A stretch of 64,000 nucleotides of DNA, taken from contig DF236971.1 in the NCBI GenBank assembly GCA_000708835.1, positions 1 to 64,000 of the forward strand. Direction: 5' to 3'. Numbering within the stretch: position 1 is the stretch's first letter; each line of letters opens with the position of its first letter. The notes below the pieces were generated by a model. The model made no database searches, was not told the origin of the DNA, and worked only from the letters and a program-made list of their open reading frames with translations. The translations under genes and the position numbers were made by a program. This DNA is from Klebsormidium nitens. Taxonomy: Eukaryota; Plantae; Klebsormidiophyceae. This document shows, piece by piece, positions 25,565-38,061 of this stretch.

Positions 25565-27072
25565 GCAACGAGGCACTTCTGCCTCATTGGAAAGGCACCT
25601 AGGTATGGCTTATTTACAAGTTTCCTAAGGAATACCAGGATTCCCCTTTGTGGGAGAGCATATCGTAGCAGGTTGGCCTTACAGCACGGAAGCGCTTTGT
25701 CTAGTAGCCGACTGGCCGCTCCTCATCTAGATCGAATTTGCTGTATCAACCAGCTATTGTGACGCGGTTGATGACAAACCAAGAGCGACGGTACGAGCCC
25801 GATCATCAGCGGAAGGATCACTGAATGAGGCGACTTGAAAGCAAGAACCAGCGCCAGCTTTCCAAACAGCCCAGCCCGGCAGAGAGATTGCCACCGCCAC
25901 ATCAGCTAGATGCATTCTACTGGTACATTAAATGGTATGCGCTTTCCCGCGACGTGGCCCCCGACTTGGAAGCTTAGGCTGATGTGGTTACAAAGGTTGC
26001 ATACTAACGCTATACTTCCGTGTCTGTGAGTGGACTATATCCGGTTACTTTTGCAGATCCGGTCGCAATTGCTTTCGTACCTGTCGGATCATGACGACAC
26101 TCATGGTAGCGGCTTGCAAAACGCAAATTGCATGCGTGTACGTCCTGAATGACAGATATTCATTTTGGCGGCCGGCGGGCGGGCACGTCGAGAGCTTGCA
26201 GATGCACTGACGCCATGACGATCGGATCATGATATATAGACATTGACTCAGTATCCTCTAGCCTCTCCGCTCCATCTTAAGCAAGAGTACTGTTGATGAC
26301 TCATGCATGTGTGCAAGGTTCCGCGACGTGGGGCGGGGCACCCTGAATGCGACCGCGCGCGCGCGCAGGCCGGCAGCTCAATTATATTAACCGCCAGCTG
26401 GCCCCGGGGCTAGCCTTGCATGGGTAGCCGGGCTATATAGCCCATGATGCACGTCTGATCGTTGATCATTCTGCCTTATAACCTTCGGGTTATATCAGTC
26501 CCGATGGATCTGATCATACAGAGCGATGCTCAAGTGGCATGCATGTGGCAATTGCATGAAATGATCCGCGCGCTCATGTTCCGTTACATGGATTGTACGT
26601 AAGCCATATAGCTGCTCGGGGGACTCAACGATAGATTCAGGAAAGACGGTCCTTCATGCATCTCCTCATTCGGCGCAAACGTTGAAAATATTGCCAGAAA
26701 CGGTATGGTTTATGACAGTGATTGACTGTCCAACACGAGTCCCTAATGAGCAGCTTCAGAGCACTTCTTGACGCCACACAAACCAGTGCGCACATACTAT
26801 CATATTCGAGCTCAAAATATGTTGAGCACCTATAAAGTTTCTGCCGGATACCTCCTTCTTAGTATGAGCACGGCCAGATGCATGAAATACTCAATCACTG
26901 CCGCAGACAGTCTTGATAAGGGTTTTACACTACGTTGAATCACCAAAATCTATTGGACAATCCACTGCACCAAACACGTATATGTACAAAGTTTTCCTCT
27001 AATTTGTGCGCCCTGTTCAACTTGCTTCTACTTGAAACAGATCAGATTGAAACAAAGTCAACAAAAGATTGA

Positions 27073-27827
27073 TCAATGATGACGCCGGCCCCCACAGTGA
27101 GGACACAGTATTCGGCCGGACCCGCCGCAACCTGCATGCAACGAGGCACAAGCTTAACATGAGGGGGCGCATTGAAGCCAGCAGGACGTAAAAAGCACCT
27201 TAAGGTCACCTATTGCAGTGTATCTTCACTAAACCAGAAGGTTTGTTAATGAAAACAAGTCGAGGGGAGCATCGAGAATCTCCAAGTCAGACCATCAAAC
27301 TTCCCAGATTGTGGAAACTTGGCCTAGGGTGAAGGGCAAACACCTCGCGGGATATAGCTTGCACCACAGGGAAACACACAAATCGGTTAAGGTAGCATTA
27401 GATTTCCGGGGGCCCTGAGCACAAGCCTCCCGAGCTCTAGGATCTCGAAGCTGACCTTCAGACAATATTCAAGGCCTCCTGGTGCCCAGCCTTCTCTTTC
27501 TCCTCTCCCCTTTCCACCACCTATTCAACTCTGTAAGGAACATCGCAAAACAACCAAAAATCGAAGTTTGAATCAGTGGAGCAGAATCTATAACTCACCC
27601 AAGCACGTCACCTTCACAATCACCCCAGCGCTTTCCAAACACGGCTCCACGTACAGCCCCGACCCCGCACACGTCATGCACTCTATGGAACCCTCCCTAT
27701 CGCACCAACTGCATTCCTCTCCCCCCGTTCGAACTGAAATTGTCGGCGCGGCTACAGTTACCCCCCTGACCTCTGCCGCCTTGCTGGTGTCAAGGACGGG
27801 GTCTCGGGGGTTTTCAACGGCAGACAT
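27073..27827 (-). CDS. DnaJ/Hsp40 cysteine-rich zinc-finger (DnaJ-like ZF) protein, about 95 aa if the ATG at 27827 is the start
   Basis: Exons 27827-27599 and 27131-27073 join in phase 1. They give four CxxCxxxG-type motifs: CSWCDREG, CMTCAGSG, CLGCGGSG and CPHCGGR. The GLYVEPCLESAGVIVKVTCLGCGGSG segment resembles plant plastid DnaJ-like ZF proteins. Confidence 0.8.
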
Positions 27828-29602
27828 CTGGTAAACCGACTCCAGGACATTCCGGGTGCGCTGGAGCTTGACACCGGGGTTCGACCCCGGTCGGTTGTCC
27901 TACACAAAATGCACGCGCAGTGTCAGCCTGGATCAAGACCTGAAGTTCAAGACAAGGTTGACTGTCCTCGTCCAACTGTCGGCAAAAGCGTGTCGGCAGG
28001 CAGCGTACCTGTTTTGATTGGTGGTGTACTCCTTAAGGTGTCAAGATAAATGGTTGCTTTTATAAGATTCGCTCGATGCAGTCTTTCAAGCGCACGTCAG
28101 TGAGAGCTTGACCGGGCACTGATCTTGCAAGTCTTCCCCCGCAGGACGTTTGTGTTTGTTCCTCAACTCCTGTTGTCACGCTTACATGGTGTCACCCGCA
28201 TGACGTTCTGCGGTCACCTTAACCAACCCTAATCTGGCCTCTTGCTAAGATCCGACTTGAGATAACAAGCAAGTGCTAGCTAGTTTGCACGCTGAAACTT
28301 GCGACATTCTGAACCAGGATGCCCGCTTTGCCTCCATCTGTCACTACTACGGTACATCAATCTGACCAGCGACACCATGTTGTGCCCCATAAAATACATA
28401 AGAAACACTTTCTGCATATTAAAGCTTGGTCGTAGCAGTGCCCTATATCCAGTCAGGATACGTCACGACACGAGGGCCACAATGGAGCTTTGGAACGTGC
28501 TCCATGACAATCTGCTTTCCTTAGAAACAATCACCCGTGCATGGACGTCATCATACAGGAGCGTATATGCCGCTTCTTAGAGAGCCGCCATCTCCACATT
28601 GGTACACGGTGGTCTTTTTCTGGTCCAAGGAACGATGAGAGGGAGGAGCCACTCGATTCTTCGGACTGAGAACACAACAAAACGACTTGATGCGCGCGCA
28701 GCCGGCATGACTGACCTCTGAAAGGCTGCTCCTCAGCAGGGTCGAAGGACTCCGCTGCATGCCTCTGCAAAGACGGCAGATTGGAGCCGCCATAAAGGGC
28801 GATTGATCAGAGCGGCTGGTGGAGGCATCTGAAATTATGCCCTGCAAAACCCCTTGATGAGGAGCTCGCACAGACTTTGCCATCGTATATCCTGCAACCC
28901 TGATGAATAGGTACCAAATCTGTTGCCTAGGTAAAGAATCTAATAGTAAGAAAAGCCTCCCTGCTTTTGAAACACACCCACTTTTGGAACTTGAAAGGGA
29001 TGTGCAGTGCAAATATTGGATCTAGGTATAGCCGGTTGAGTGGATTCGCATTGACTACTAGGAGTGGCGGTAAAAGCTGGGGATGGAGACTTAGCCTTTA
29101 CCACTTCATGTTGGTAATGGAAGTGGAATCTCGATTCGGCTACCACGTGGCATTTGGTGATTTGACCGAAGTTCGTCACTCATGTCGTCACTCAGGATTC
29201 TGCGCACACTGAATTTGCACCTAGTGGCAAGTTCAGGGCGCCAAATGGATAAGTTCACTGTCACCTCCGAGTCCTTGAGACCAGGTTCATGCACCGCGCT
29301 TGTGCTCTTACGAGCTCAAACTTCAAAGCAACAGAACACCGCTTTCATTCTAACTACTCTAGCTTCCTCTCCCGCCATTAAGAGAATCTAGGACTAGGTC
29401 CACGTCCGTGTACTTTCGAAAAGACTCGAGTTCGCGGAAGTCTTCATCCTCATCTTTCAGATACTTGCATTGCTTCACTTGCATTGCATTCTTTCCTTTC
29501 AAACCACTGTCAAACTCAAATTGCCCTTCCTGGCACTTGCAGAATCCGTCCCACCACCTTACTGGTGCTAGCGCCCTCTCCCCACTCAAGTAGTACTAGT
29601 AT

Positions 29603-29622
29603 TAGCTGCACTAGTGCAGCTA
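29603..29622. other. Perfect 20-bp palindrome just upstream of the haloperoxidase ATG
   Basis: tagctgcactagtgcagcta is its own reverse complement and sits among several CTAG/gcagctagtct repeats, 36 nt before the ATG at 29659. Confidence 0.85.
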
Positions 29623-29658
29623 GTCTCGTGCAGCTAGTCTCGGTGGTCTTCTCCCACA

Positions 29659-32600
29659 ATGGCGCCAACAATCAGAGCTGCTCAGCTTGCAGCGATACTG
29701 CTAGTGTTCCTGGCGTGCTCCGCCCCTGTGCTGGCCCTGAACAACGTGGTGACGCAATGGAACGTCAGGTACCAGGGCGTGGTCAGATCACTCTCCATTG
29801 CCAACCAGCAGAGCTCGAAGTACTTTGCGGAGCTGCATTTGGCGCAGGTGAAGGAACTTCTCCGAGCTCAGTGACTGTGATGTTGGCTTTAGTGGTGAAT
29901 CTCAGCTGAGTCAGCATGTGTGTTGATGGTCAGATTGTTAGAAGGTACTCGTCCAGTCAGAAGGTGCTCCCAGGTTGGATAGACGGGAGATAATTGGTTC
30001 AAACTACAGAAAAAGGATTATGAAGGTCTTCACTGCACTCAGTTGCAAGCACCTTTGCTTCTACAGAAAGGAAGCAGTACTTCGAGGGGAATTGACTAAC
30101 ATGATGTGTTGACTAATACAGCCCTCAAATGACTGTCATGCTGCTCACTTTTCAGAGTCAGCTGTCAAACACCAGTAGCATCAGACAGTCTGTAAAAGGT
30201 GTTTACTCAGAACCAGGCTCTCTTCTTGCAGTACTATGCTGTCCTGCTGGCGGCGCCATCTGGCAGTAATGCTTCAACATCAGAAAATGTCGCTGTGAAT
30301 GCCAGCGCGGCTGCTGCCTACGCTGGACACTACATTCTGTCCGCAACCTTCCCATTCCAGCAACCAAACTTCGATGCCCTCCTGAAGTCCCAGGTAACAT
30401 CCCCTGCTTGCCCCGTCAACTAGTTCCTTTGTAGAGCGACGACTGAAAGAGTTTGAATCGCCAAGGGGGGTGCAAGCTCCACTAGGGTCTAAACGGTATT
30501 ATGGCATGGATAATGCATGTTCATCTGACAATATCTCTTCGTAAAGCCTGTGCATTGGACAGGAGGCCTTTGAATGCCAAGCTGAGTACTATGAGAACGG
30601 TCTTTACGAAAAACCTGTCGACCAATCCGTGCCTACATATCCAGAATGTAACGGATTCATCTTCTTTAGAGGTGCAGTCAAATATTTTTACAGAGCATCC
30701 CCAAGAATCAGAGCCGATGCTAACATGAGATACTTCCAGAGTGCTTACTTGTGCAGCTAATATCTTAGCTTCCCTTCTGCTCAATTTCCCTTCTTCATCT
30801 GCCTTACTCCAAGCTCAGCGCTTTCACTTCCTCTTGACGTCAGGTAGGGGGATTGAGCTCTGCTGACAGGACTGCCGCTCACGACCTTGGGGTCAAGGTG
30901 GCAACCAAGATCATAGCAGCAAGGTAAGTACTACCGTTGCTTTATTACGTCCTTGTCCTCTGAAACATTGCCAGCCAGTATACTGAAACGAAGGTTGAAA
31001 CAAGCATCAAAGCGATACATTCAGTTGCTTGCTTCTCTGATGAGATTCCCGAGTACAGAGTTCGCCTTTCAACTGCACCTCAGCGAGTTCCTGCTCTTGA
31101 CACCATGATCCGGATGTTGAAAATTAAGATGCTTGTTGAATGCGTCCGCTTACAGGGGAGGTGTAAAGCCTAAAGTAGCCTGCCACAAGTGAACAGAGCT
31201 CATGAAGGTTTAGCTCAATCTGACGGATTGGGCGAAAGTGAACTTCGTCCTAAGTTTTCAGAATCTTCCGCACAATATCTGCGCAAAATGTGACCTTCTA
31301 CATACAAAGTTTTCCTAATGCGGATTCGTTAATCTAAATATATTAATCAAGCCCTACTGAAGCTGAAAAATGCTTCGAGCCGAACCCTCTTAGAACGCTC
31401 TCAAAGGAAATGTTGTTCGTGCTTTTTCCAGATGCTGATCAGCTGTTCAAGTGTAGTATGTGTTTCTTACAGATGCTCATAAGCTGTTTTCTTATTGCAG
31501 AGTGAATGACGGGAGTGCGGATTGGTATGACTTCACCCCTTCTCCTGCAAACGGAACGATTGGCAAGTACCAGTTCACACCCAACCAGACCAACGCCCTC
31601 TATCCTCAGGTGAACATGGCAACCCCTCGAGCTCACCTTTGGCGACTAATAGCAGAAGCTTTTGTAGCTTTCTTGATTAACCGCTCTCTCAAAAGCTGCA
31701 ACTTTCGAAAGCCCGCTGTCTGCTTATCCCGATAATGCATTTCACAACTGTGAGTTTGCGAAGAAGAGAAATTGCTGCAAAGCGTGTTTCGCGATCATCA
31801 TACCGAGCCTGCTTCATCACCCACAGTTGCAAAACACGCGACCGTTCTTGGTCGACCCTTCCCGCTTCAACACCACGAACGGCGGCCCGCTCACGGTTCC
31901 ATCAGACACCTACAACACCCAGCTCGCAGAGGTGAGTTCTCCGAATGAACGGCCAGCTCGTTGCACTGCCACACAGGTCAGGATGTAATAAAATTATTGC
32001 GGGCTTCTGACCGGCTCGCGCCTTGGATCTGAGCAGCCGTTCAAGGGAAGCCCTCAGATTTGTTGTCGGCCGAGTAGTGTGAAAGATTCGGGTCTTCGTT
32101 CTCTGTGTACGGGAGCGACTGGCTCTTCAGAGCGAGGGAATTTCAAATTAGGGTGCAACAAATAGGTCGGCCAAAAACTCTCTGAAAGTTAGGTCCTCTT
32201 CACCGGTTGAATCAGCCTGAACTCCTTTTCCAGCTTGATTACTGAGGCTCTTATCTGCTCGATTGCGATTGTATCTAAGAAGATCGTCCTTAAAGTTACT
32301 CTAAACGCGCCTCTTCCCGGGGTCAACCTGCATTTTCATCTCTTTGCGGTTCGAAGGGCCCTCCTGACACTCCGTCGCAGCTTCATCAAAGTCCAAATTC
32401 ACCACCAAACGGTCAGACTCTGCTGCAAGGCAAAACGGACCGTTAAATGTGTAGCGTCAATAGCTTGGCAGCTTAGACCCAAGTTTACCACTACTAACAT
32501 GCCTGACGCAACTTCAATAATGTCCCTCCATAGGTGCGCACACTGGGTTCCAGCACGAGCTCCAACCGGAGCGCCACTCAAACAGAAACCGCCTACTTCT

Positions 32601-35296
32601 GGGCCGACCTCGCGGGTAAGTACCCCGGGGGAGGGTACTGGAAAACCTCGTAAGAATCCGAGTTTGATTTGCGCTAGTTTTGTAGTCTGCAAGCCCGCAG
32701 ACTAATCACAGTGGTCGTAAAGTCGTGATCGATGTTTCTTTATCCGGAAGGGTAGGAGTCCAGAAGTGTAGATCTGAGACTTTGATTATCCAATAGATTT
32801 TGGTTTTTCCGTTACTGGTATCAGCTTGACCGTTACTGGTATTAGCTTGACCTCTCGACGTCCTTTTGAGAACGGAAGTACGAACTGCTTCTCTCTCATA
32901 ATATGAGCAGAAGTTCAAGAGACGCATCTTTCCCAGATCCTTGCGGCCCCTGGCATTCTAGGCGACGGGCACTCAGGCCTTCGGTCGCCTGTTCTGGACA
33001 TTTCCGGCAACGCCCATCTCCAGCCTTCCAATAAGTTCGCCAGCGCCCTGAGCTCGGTCCCCGTTGTCGGTCAGCTTCCGTGCGTTCCTCTAGTAGCTTC
33101 ACAGCCCTCCATAAGAGCCCCCACACCGCTGACGTCATGCTGACGCTTCCTCCTGCAGGCACGGGCGCGATCACCAGCCACTGGTACAACATCACGGCGG
33201 CGGTGCTGCCCAACTCGACGGACGTGCTGACGACAGCCAAAGTGTACGCGGCGATTGGAGTTGCTATCTATGACGCCAGCATTGCGGGGTGGAAGCAGAA
33301 GTACGGCGTCCTCTTCTGGCGGCCCATCACAGCCATCAGGTGAGTCTACTCAGATCGACGTTTTGCACTGCTTCTTACAGTACTGATTCTTCTTCACGAA
33401 AGGTTTCCAGTGCTTTTCGGTGAGAAGGGGAAACGTTTAGCATATCGCCGTTGTTCGAGGAACTATGCCCAGGAACCTGCTTCTTTTGAATGTGTAAATC
33501 AAAGTATGGTTCTCAGAAGCTCGGCATGTAGAAACCGTTTTGGGAGCGTTCTGAGATCTGTCCAAGGCCCCCATTCTGTCGAGGACGAATCGCCGTTCAC
33601 TGTACGGCATGTTTTCCAGCGGATTCGCGTTTGCTTTCTGGAAAGGGAAGTGTGCGATAGATCACCGCACCCTCGATTCGGTAGGCTTCTCCACTAGCGA
33701 AGACGTTGTTCCAAATCTACCGCTTCTAACCTTGATCAGATTTGGCGTTGATTTTGTGTTTTTCAGACTATCTTAATCTCAAGTTGGGACATCAAACCTC
33801 GATGTCATCCTTATCCCCAGGCAAGGCGACGGTGTGAATACCCCGGACGCAACCTGGTCGCCCCTGCTAAGCACGCCAAACCACCCCGAGTACCCGAGCG
33901 GCCATTCTGTCACGAGCGGCGCCGCAGCGGTACGTACCGCGCCCACCCTCTTTCCAGTGCACAATCTTCGTCGGTAGCGCCTGATTCGGGTCGAGCTCAC
34001 GGCTCCTTTGTTTCACTAACGACACTGGTTAGTGGCAAGGATTTCTGGCTGAGACCTCAGTCACAGGATGGTATGGCTGCTAACCAGGTTTGATAACCAG
34101 ACTTTAGTGTGGTACTTTGACCAATAACCGCACGTAATCATGCCATGCTAATAACGTGGTTACTGCTCGAGTCTGGTTGTTGGACCTTCAACCAGCTTCA
34201 AACCAGCCCGTAACCGACTATGTTTTACCGTCAAAAAATCCTTGTAAGCGCTGAGCAGGCGCTGAGCGACGGATCGACTGGCAGCAGGAGGCGAGCGTCT
34301 AGAAATGAAACTGACAGTGAATGTCAAAAACTGCAGGGTATCCTTATCAACCACTTCGGGAGCGACAATACGACTTTCACCATCGGGTCGGAATACACGT
34401 CAGCAAACGTCACATCCCTTTCTCCGAGAAGCTACACCAAGTTTACGGACACAGCGACGGAGATCGGTCTGAGCAGGTACGCAAGGACGAAACGGCTTGC
34501 CAAGAGACAACTCATCCTGATTCCCAAATGCTTCTCTACTTGTGGATGCTGCGTTTGATACCCGGGAACGGGCAGAGACGACATCGAGCGAGCGAATGTG
34601 GTTTAACCCCCTTCGGATCGATTCATTTTGGCCTCTATCGCCCTTCGCTGGAGAAAAACGTTTTCCCAAACGAATTAGTTGACGCCTTCTAAAGCCCTTA
34701 TAACAACGCTCGCGCTCCGATACACAGGATCTACGGCGGACTTCACTTCCGGAAGGCCATTGAGGACGGGCAAGCTCTCGGACTGGCGGTGAGTTGCTTT
34801 TGTCCTGCTTCCGACAATTGCTCGTCTGGAATCCAGGTTCTCGTTGTCAAAGTATGTCGGCCGCATGTTTTGCCCGCACTGTGTGCGCACCGGTCAGCAC
34901 AATCTTCGATTCCATTGGAGACAAAGCTACCCGCGTCGATCCGTTCCCGTTACCTAGGCAAAATACAGGGGGGAAATCCGGAGGAAATCTGGGCTCGGAG
35001 CTTGGATTTGAATCCACTTCAAACATTAGTTTTGAAAAAACCCGTCGCTTTCACCTGTGAAGCTCTATTTGTTTTGCGATGCCTCTGGCGTTGCGCAGCC
35101 TACGAGGATATTTCCTAACTCTGTCCCAATGAAATGGTTCTCCGTCCTGTTCCCGGAACCTGCTTCACGACCCGACATGAAGCTGCTAACGCGCTCCCTA
35201 TGCTTGCAGGTTGCGAGCGCGGTTTGGGCATCCTTCCCGTCCTCCTACTCTGTGGACGGGGTCAGCATCGTGACGGGAGTGCCTTTGAAGAATTGA
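29659..35296 (+). CDS. Secreted vanadium-dependent haloperoxidase family (PAP2/VHPO superfamily, bacterial-type) protein, 11 exons, 434 aa
   Basis: Exons 29659-29847, 30232-30393, 30844-30923, 31501-31609, 31827-31931, 32534-32615, 33159-33339, 33821-33929, 34337-34476, 34728-34788 and 35210-35296 total 1305 nt and are all phase-consistent. It has a signal peptide and all three vanadate/phosphate-binding motifs: KYGVLFWRP (K-x6-RP), HPEYPSGH and SRIYGGLHF. TETAYFWAD and AAAAYAGHYILSATFP also match the family. No transmembrane helices beyond the signal peptide. Confidence 0.9.
32809..32852 (+). repeat. Intronic tandem repeat, 21 nt x2
   Basis: ccgttactggtatcagcttga followed by ccgttactggtattagcttga. 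Confidence 0.75.
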
Positions 35297-38061
35297 TGAC
35301 GTATTGGCAGGCAAACCCGAAATGTAATTAGCGCCACTCTCATCCAGGGGCTTTCGACATGCGATTTCTCGGGTTGATTTTTGACGTAACTCTTAGGGGT
35401 TCGGCGATTCAGACTTTTTTGATAATACGGAATTGAAGGTGGATCGTGAGCGCGTCCTGTAAGGAACACCGCATCCGAAGGACTAAGTTGGTCGATTTGT
35501 GAGCCGGAATGGAATCTCTAGCCTCAATTTGAGGGCTTAAGTCCGCGCAATATTACAGGCTTAAGACACTCGGTCCGAGCACTCTGGCTAACGGGAAGAG
35601 AGCCTAGATTATTGAGCAACGACTCCAGGACTACTCTTGGGATTGGGATTTTGGAGACATTATGCTCTGGCAGTTGCTTTATGCCATGCAAGGTTAATCC
35701 ACCTCGTCCTTGGAAATGATCGTTAATACTTCCAACAAGATCCCTGATCGCTGTGATAGCTAGTACTTAATAGTGTCTCGTACATGGGTAAAGTCTGCCC
35801 TATTTGTAAGCACTCTATGTAATGTCCCTACCCTTGAAGAATCGTCGATGCGTCAATGCGTGCACTTTTGCAAAACTACTACGTTCACACCACCGTAGGA
35901 CTGAACGACGAATCAGGATAAGGGAGTCAACTATGTTCTTGTTACTTGGCCTCATCTGCGGGATGTGCAAGGCATTGAAGGCCGGTATTCATAGAAACAG
36001 TACGGTACCAGACGTCCATCAAAATGGTCACTTTTTTTTGTACACGCTTACGCACCTTAGCCCATGCGGCAGAAACGATATTAAACAACATCGGACTTCG
36101 GCTTCCTAAGAAACTTTTACTACTCTAGTTACCGAGAGATTGCTAACAATGAAGCAACATGACTAATGGACAGAATGCAAGGCTTACTTCGTGATCAAGT
36201 GGGACGATTTGTTCTCTGTGCTCCGGCCCTACGTCTTGCTTTTTTGAGCGAGCTTTTTTCGCCATGGGCCAGGCTAATGGATGTCCGAATGGTACTGCAG
36301 CTCTATCAGAATCTACCTGCCGAACCCTTTGGTTGCTACTTTTCTAAGACTTAGGCCTGGGCACCGCACCCTTCCTATTTTATCAACGTACCATTGTAAG
36401 TTTGTCCAATCACGCGTGCACTCTATGATCAGGGTCCTGCTTGTGTAAAAGGCAAGGAATCAGCCCAGATGTCGCCCCGTGCAAGCAGCGCTGTATGATC
36501 CGATCTGCCCGGCCCGGCTCGCGATTGGAGGCGTCTGTGTCGCTTGGACATCCTCAGAAGCTGCCTCTCCGTCGACCGGAAACGGAAGTGCCGGCCTCGT
36601 CTGCACCAGGTGTTAGCGTCGCTCAAGCAGTTGACTACGGACTGTCAAAATGGGTGCAGATTGCAGAGGGGCGCACCGAAAGCACTTCTCAGGGAGAACC
36701 GCAAAAATGTAAGGAAAGGTTCGAGGCTCCTGATCCGCCAGCTTCCGGTCGATACCAGCGGCCCACGTGGGAGCAACACTGGCAAGAAGCGCGCTTGGAC
36801 GGCAGGACGGGGCAGGGGGACCAAACATCACTGAAACGCAGCGGACCATGATCCGCACCGTCAGATGAGAATTCTCTCAATCTGGACGGTCAGGATTGCT
36901 TATTTCGGATGTCCCGTGCCCGAAGCGGTCCTCGGTTGGTCTGAATGGAGGGTTTAGAAGAGTGTTAAAAGAAAATCTACGGTTTTTTGGCTGTTATACC
37001 CACCTAAACCTGCCCCCAATTCCTCCTACACGGCGCTTTGCCCGGACCCAAACCTTTGGGTTTCAAAGGTGACCCTGTGGAGGTTCAATCCCACCAATTG
37101 TCAGTTCCGGGAAATTAGCCGTTTGGCTGCTGGCACATGATTCCTGTTGCTGAATTTCTTACCTGGGGTGTTTGGTCCCCCTGGGACGGGGCTTCGGCGC
37201 CGGCTGACGTAGGATAGCCGGTGCGCTATGAAACGGTTTTGAAAGCTGAAACTTCGCTTAAACGTCTCTCAAAGTCTCTCCAAGTGCTGATTAACCGCGC
37301 CAGCCCAATTAGCAGTGCGGAGTCCAACTCACTACTAGGAGACCACCAGAGTCAAATGACGGTACTGTCATGCGGCGCGATCGATTGGCGCACTGGAAGT
37401 CTGAAAATTAACATCCTGACCAGTAAAGTCATTAGCTCTCGAAGGCCTCATTGCTTATGGATAGCGCTCCGAAAGAAGAAGGGGAAGAGAGCATGTGAGT
37501 CATGCCTGCTTTGGCCCGGCTAGTATGACTGTATTCGGTTTGGCCAGCTGCAGTCGGTTGGCATCACAATGCACATATCTACAATACATGACGTGCTAAC
37601 GGTGCATAAATCTCATGAGATCATGGGCCCTGAAGGGGCCAACAATCTCTAAAGAAGCTTTACTGCAGCCCAATATTGGCTCCTAGCCATGCAATCTTGT
37701 GCAGCTCATCGAGAGATTTCAAGACCACTGGTCAGAGCATGCAGTCTGCAGCAGGAAACTCGGTAGAGCCGACGTCAAAGTTGAGAAGTCGATGGGCTTA
37801 TAGTCTTCATGGGCAACTAGCATCCCCTATGTTTAGCTGTATTCCTAAGCTTTCTGTTCTGGTTGGCAACCTGTGATACGACAAGCTCTATAAGGTCTTT
37901 CCAAAATTGCCAAAACGTAAACGTCTCATTACAAACTCTTCGCTTAGGATACTCCAAGGCAAACGTTCTGGCGTTTGCTTGTATGTGCCCTTGGGGCTCA
38001 GAGTATTTTGTATGGCTTAAACGCGCAGTAACTTCCCTATAGACAGAATTTCTGATCTGGT

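Noticed and set aside
28299-29593. Several 60-150-aa ORFs between the DnaJ-ZF and haloperoxidase genes
   Set aside because: No recognisable motif or consistent splice structure; treated as promoter or intergenic DNA.
29659-35296. Plant lipid phosphate phosphatase (membrane PAP2) as the identity of this gene
   Set aside because: It lacks multiple transmembrane helices. Its length, signal peptide and the motifs FWAD, HPEYPSGH and SRIYGGLHF fit soluble VHPO-type proteins, although phosphatase activity is not excluded.
36441-36880. 136-aa plus-strand ORF and overlapping ORFs in the convergent intergenic region
   Set aside because: It has a non-ATG start, no homology or splice support, and overlapping ORFs in several frames as expected from local GC richness.
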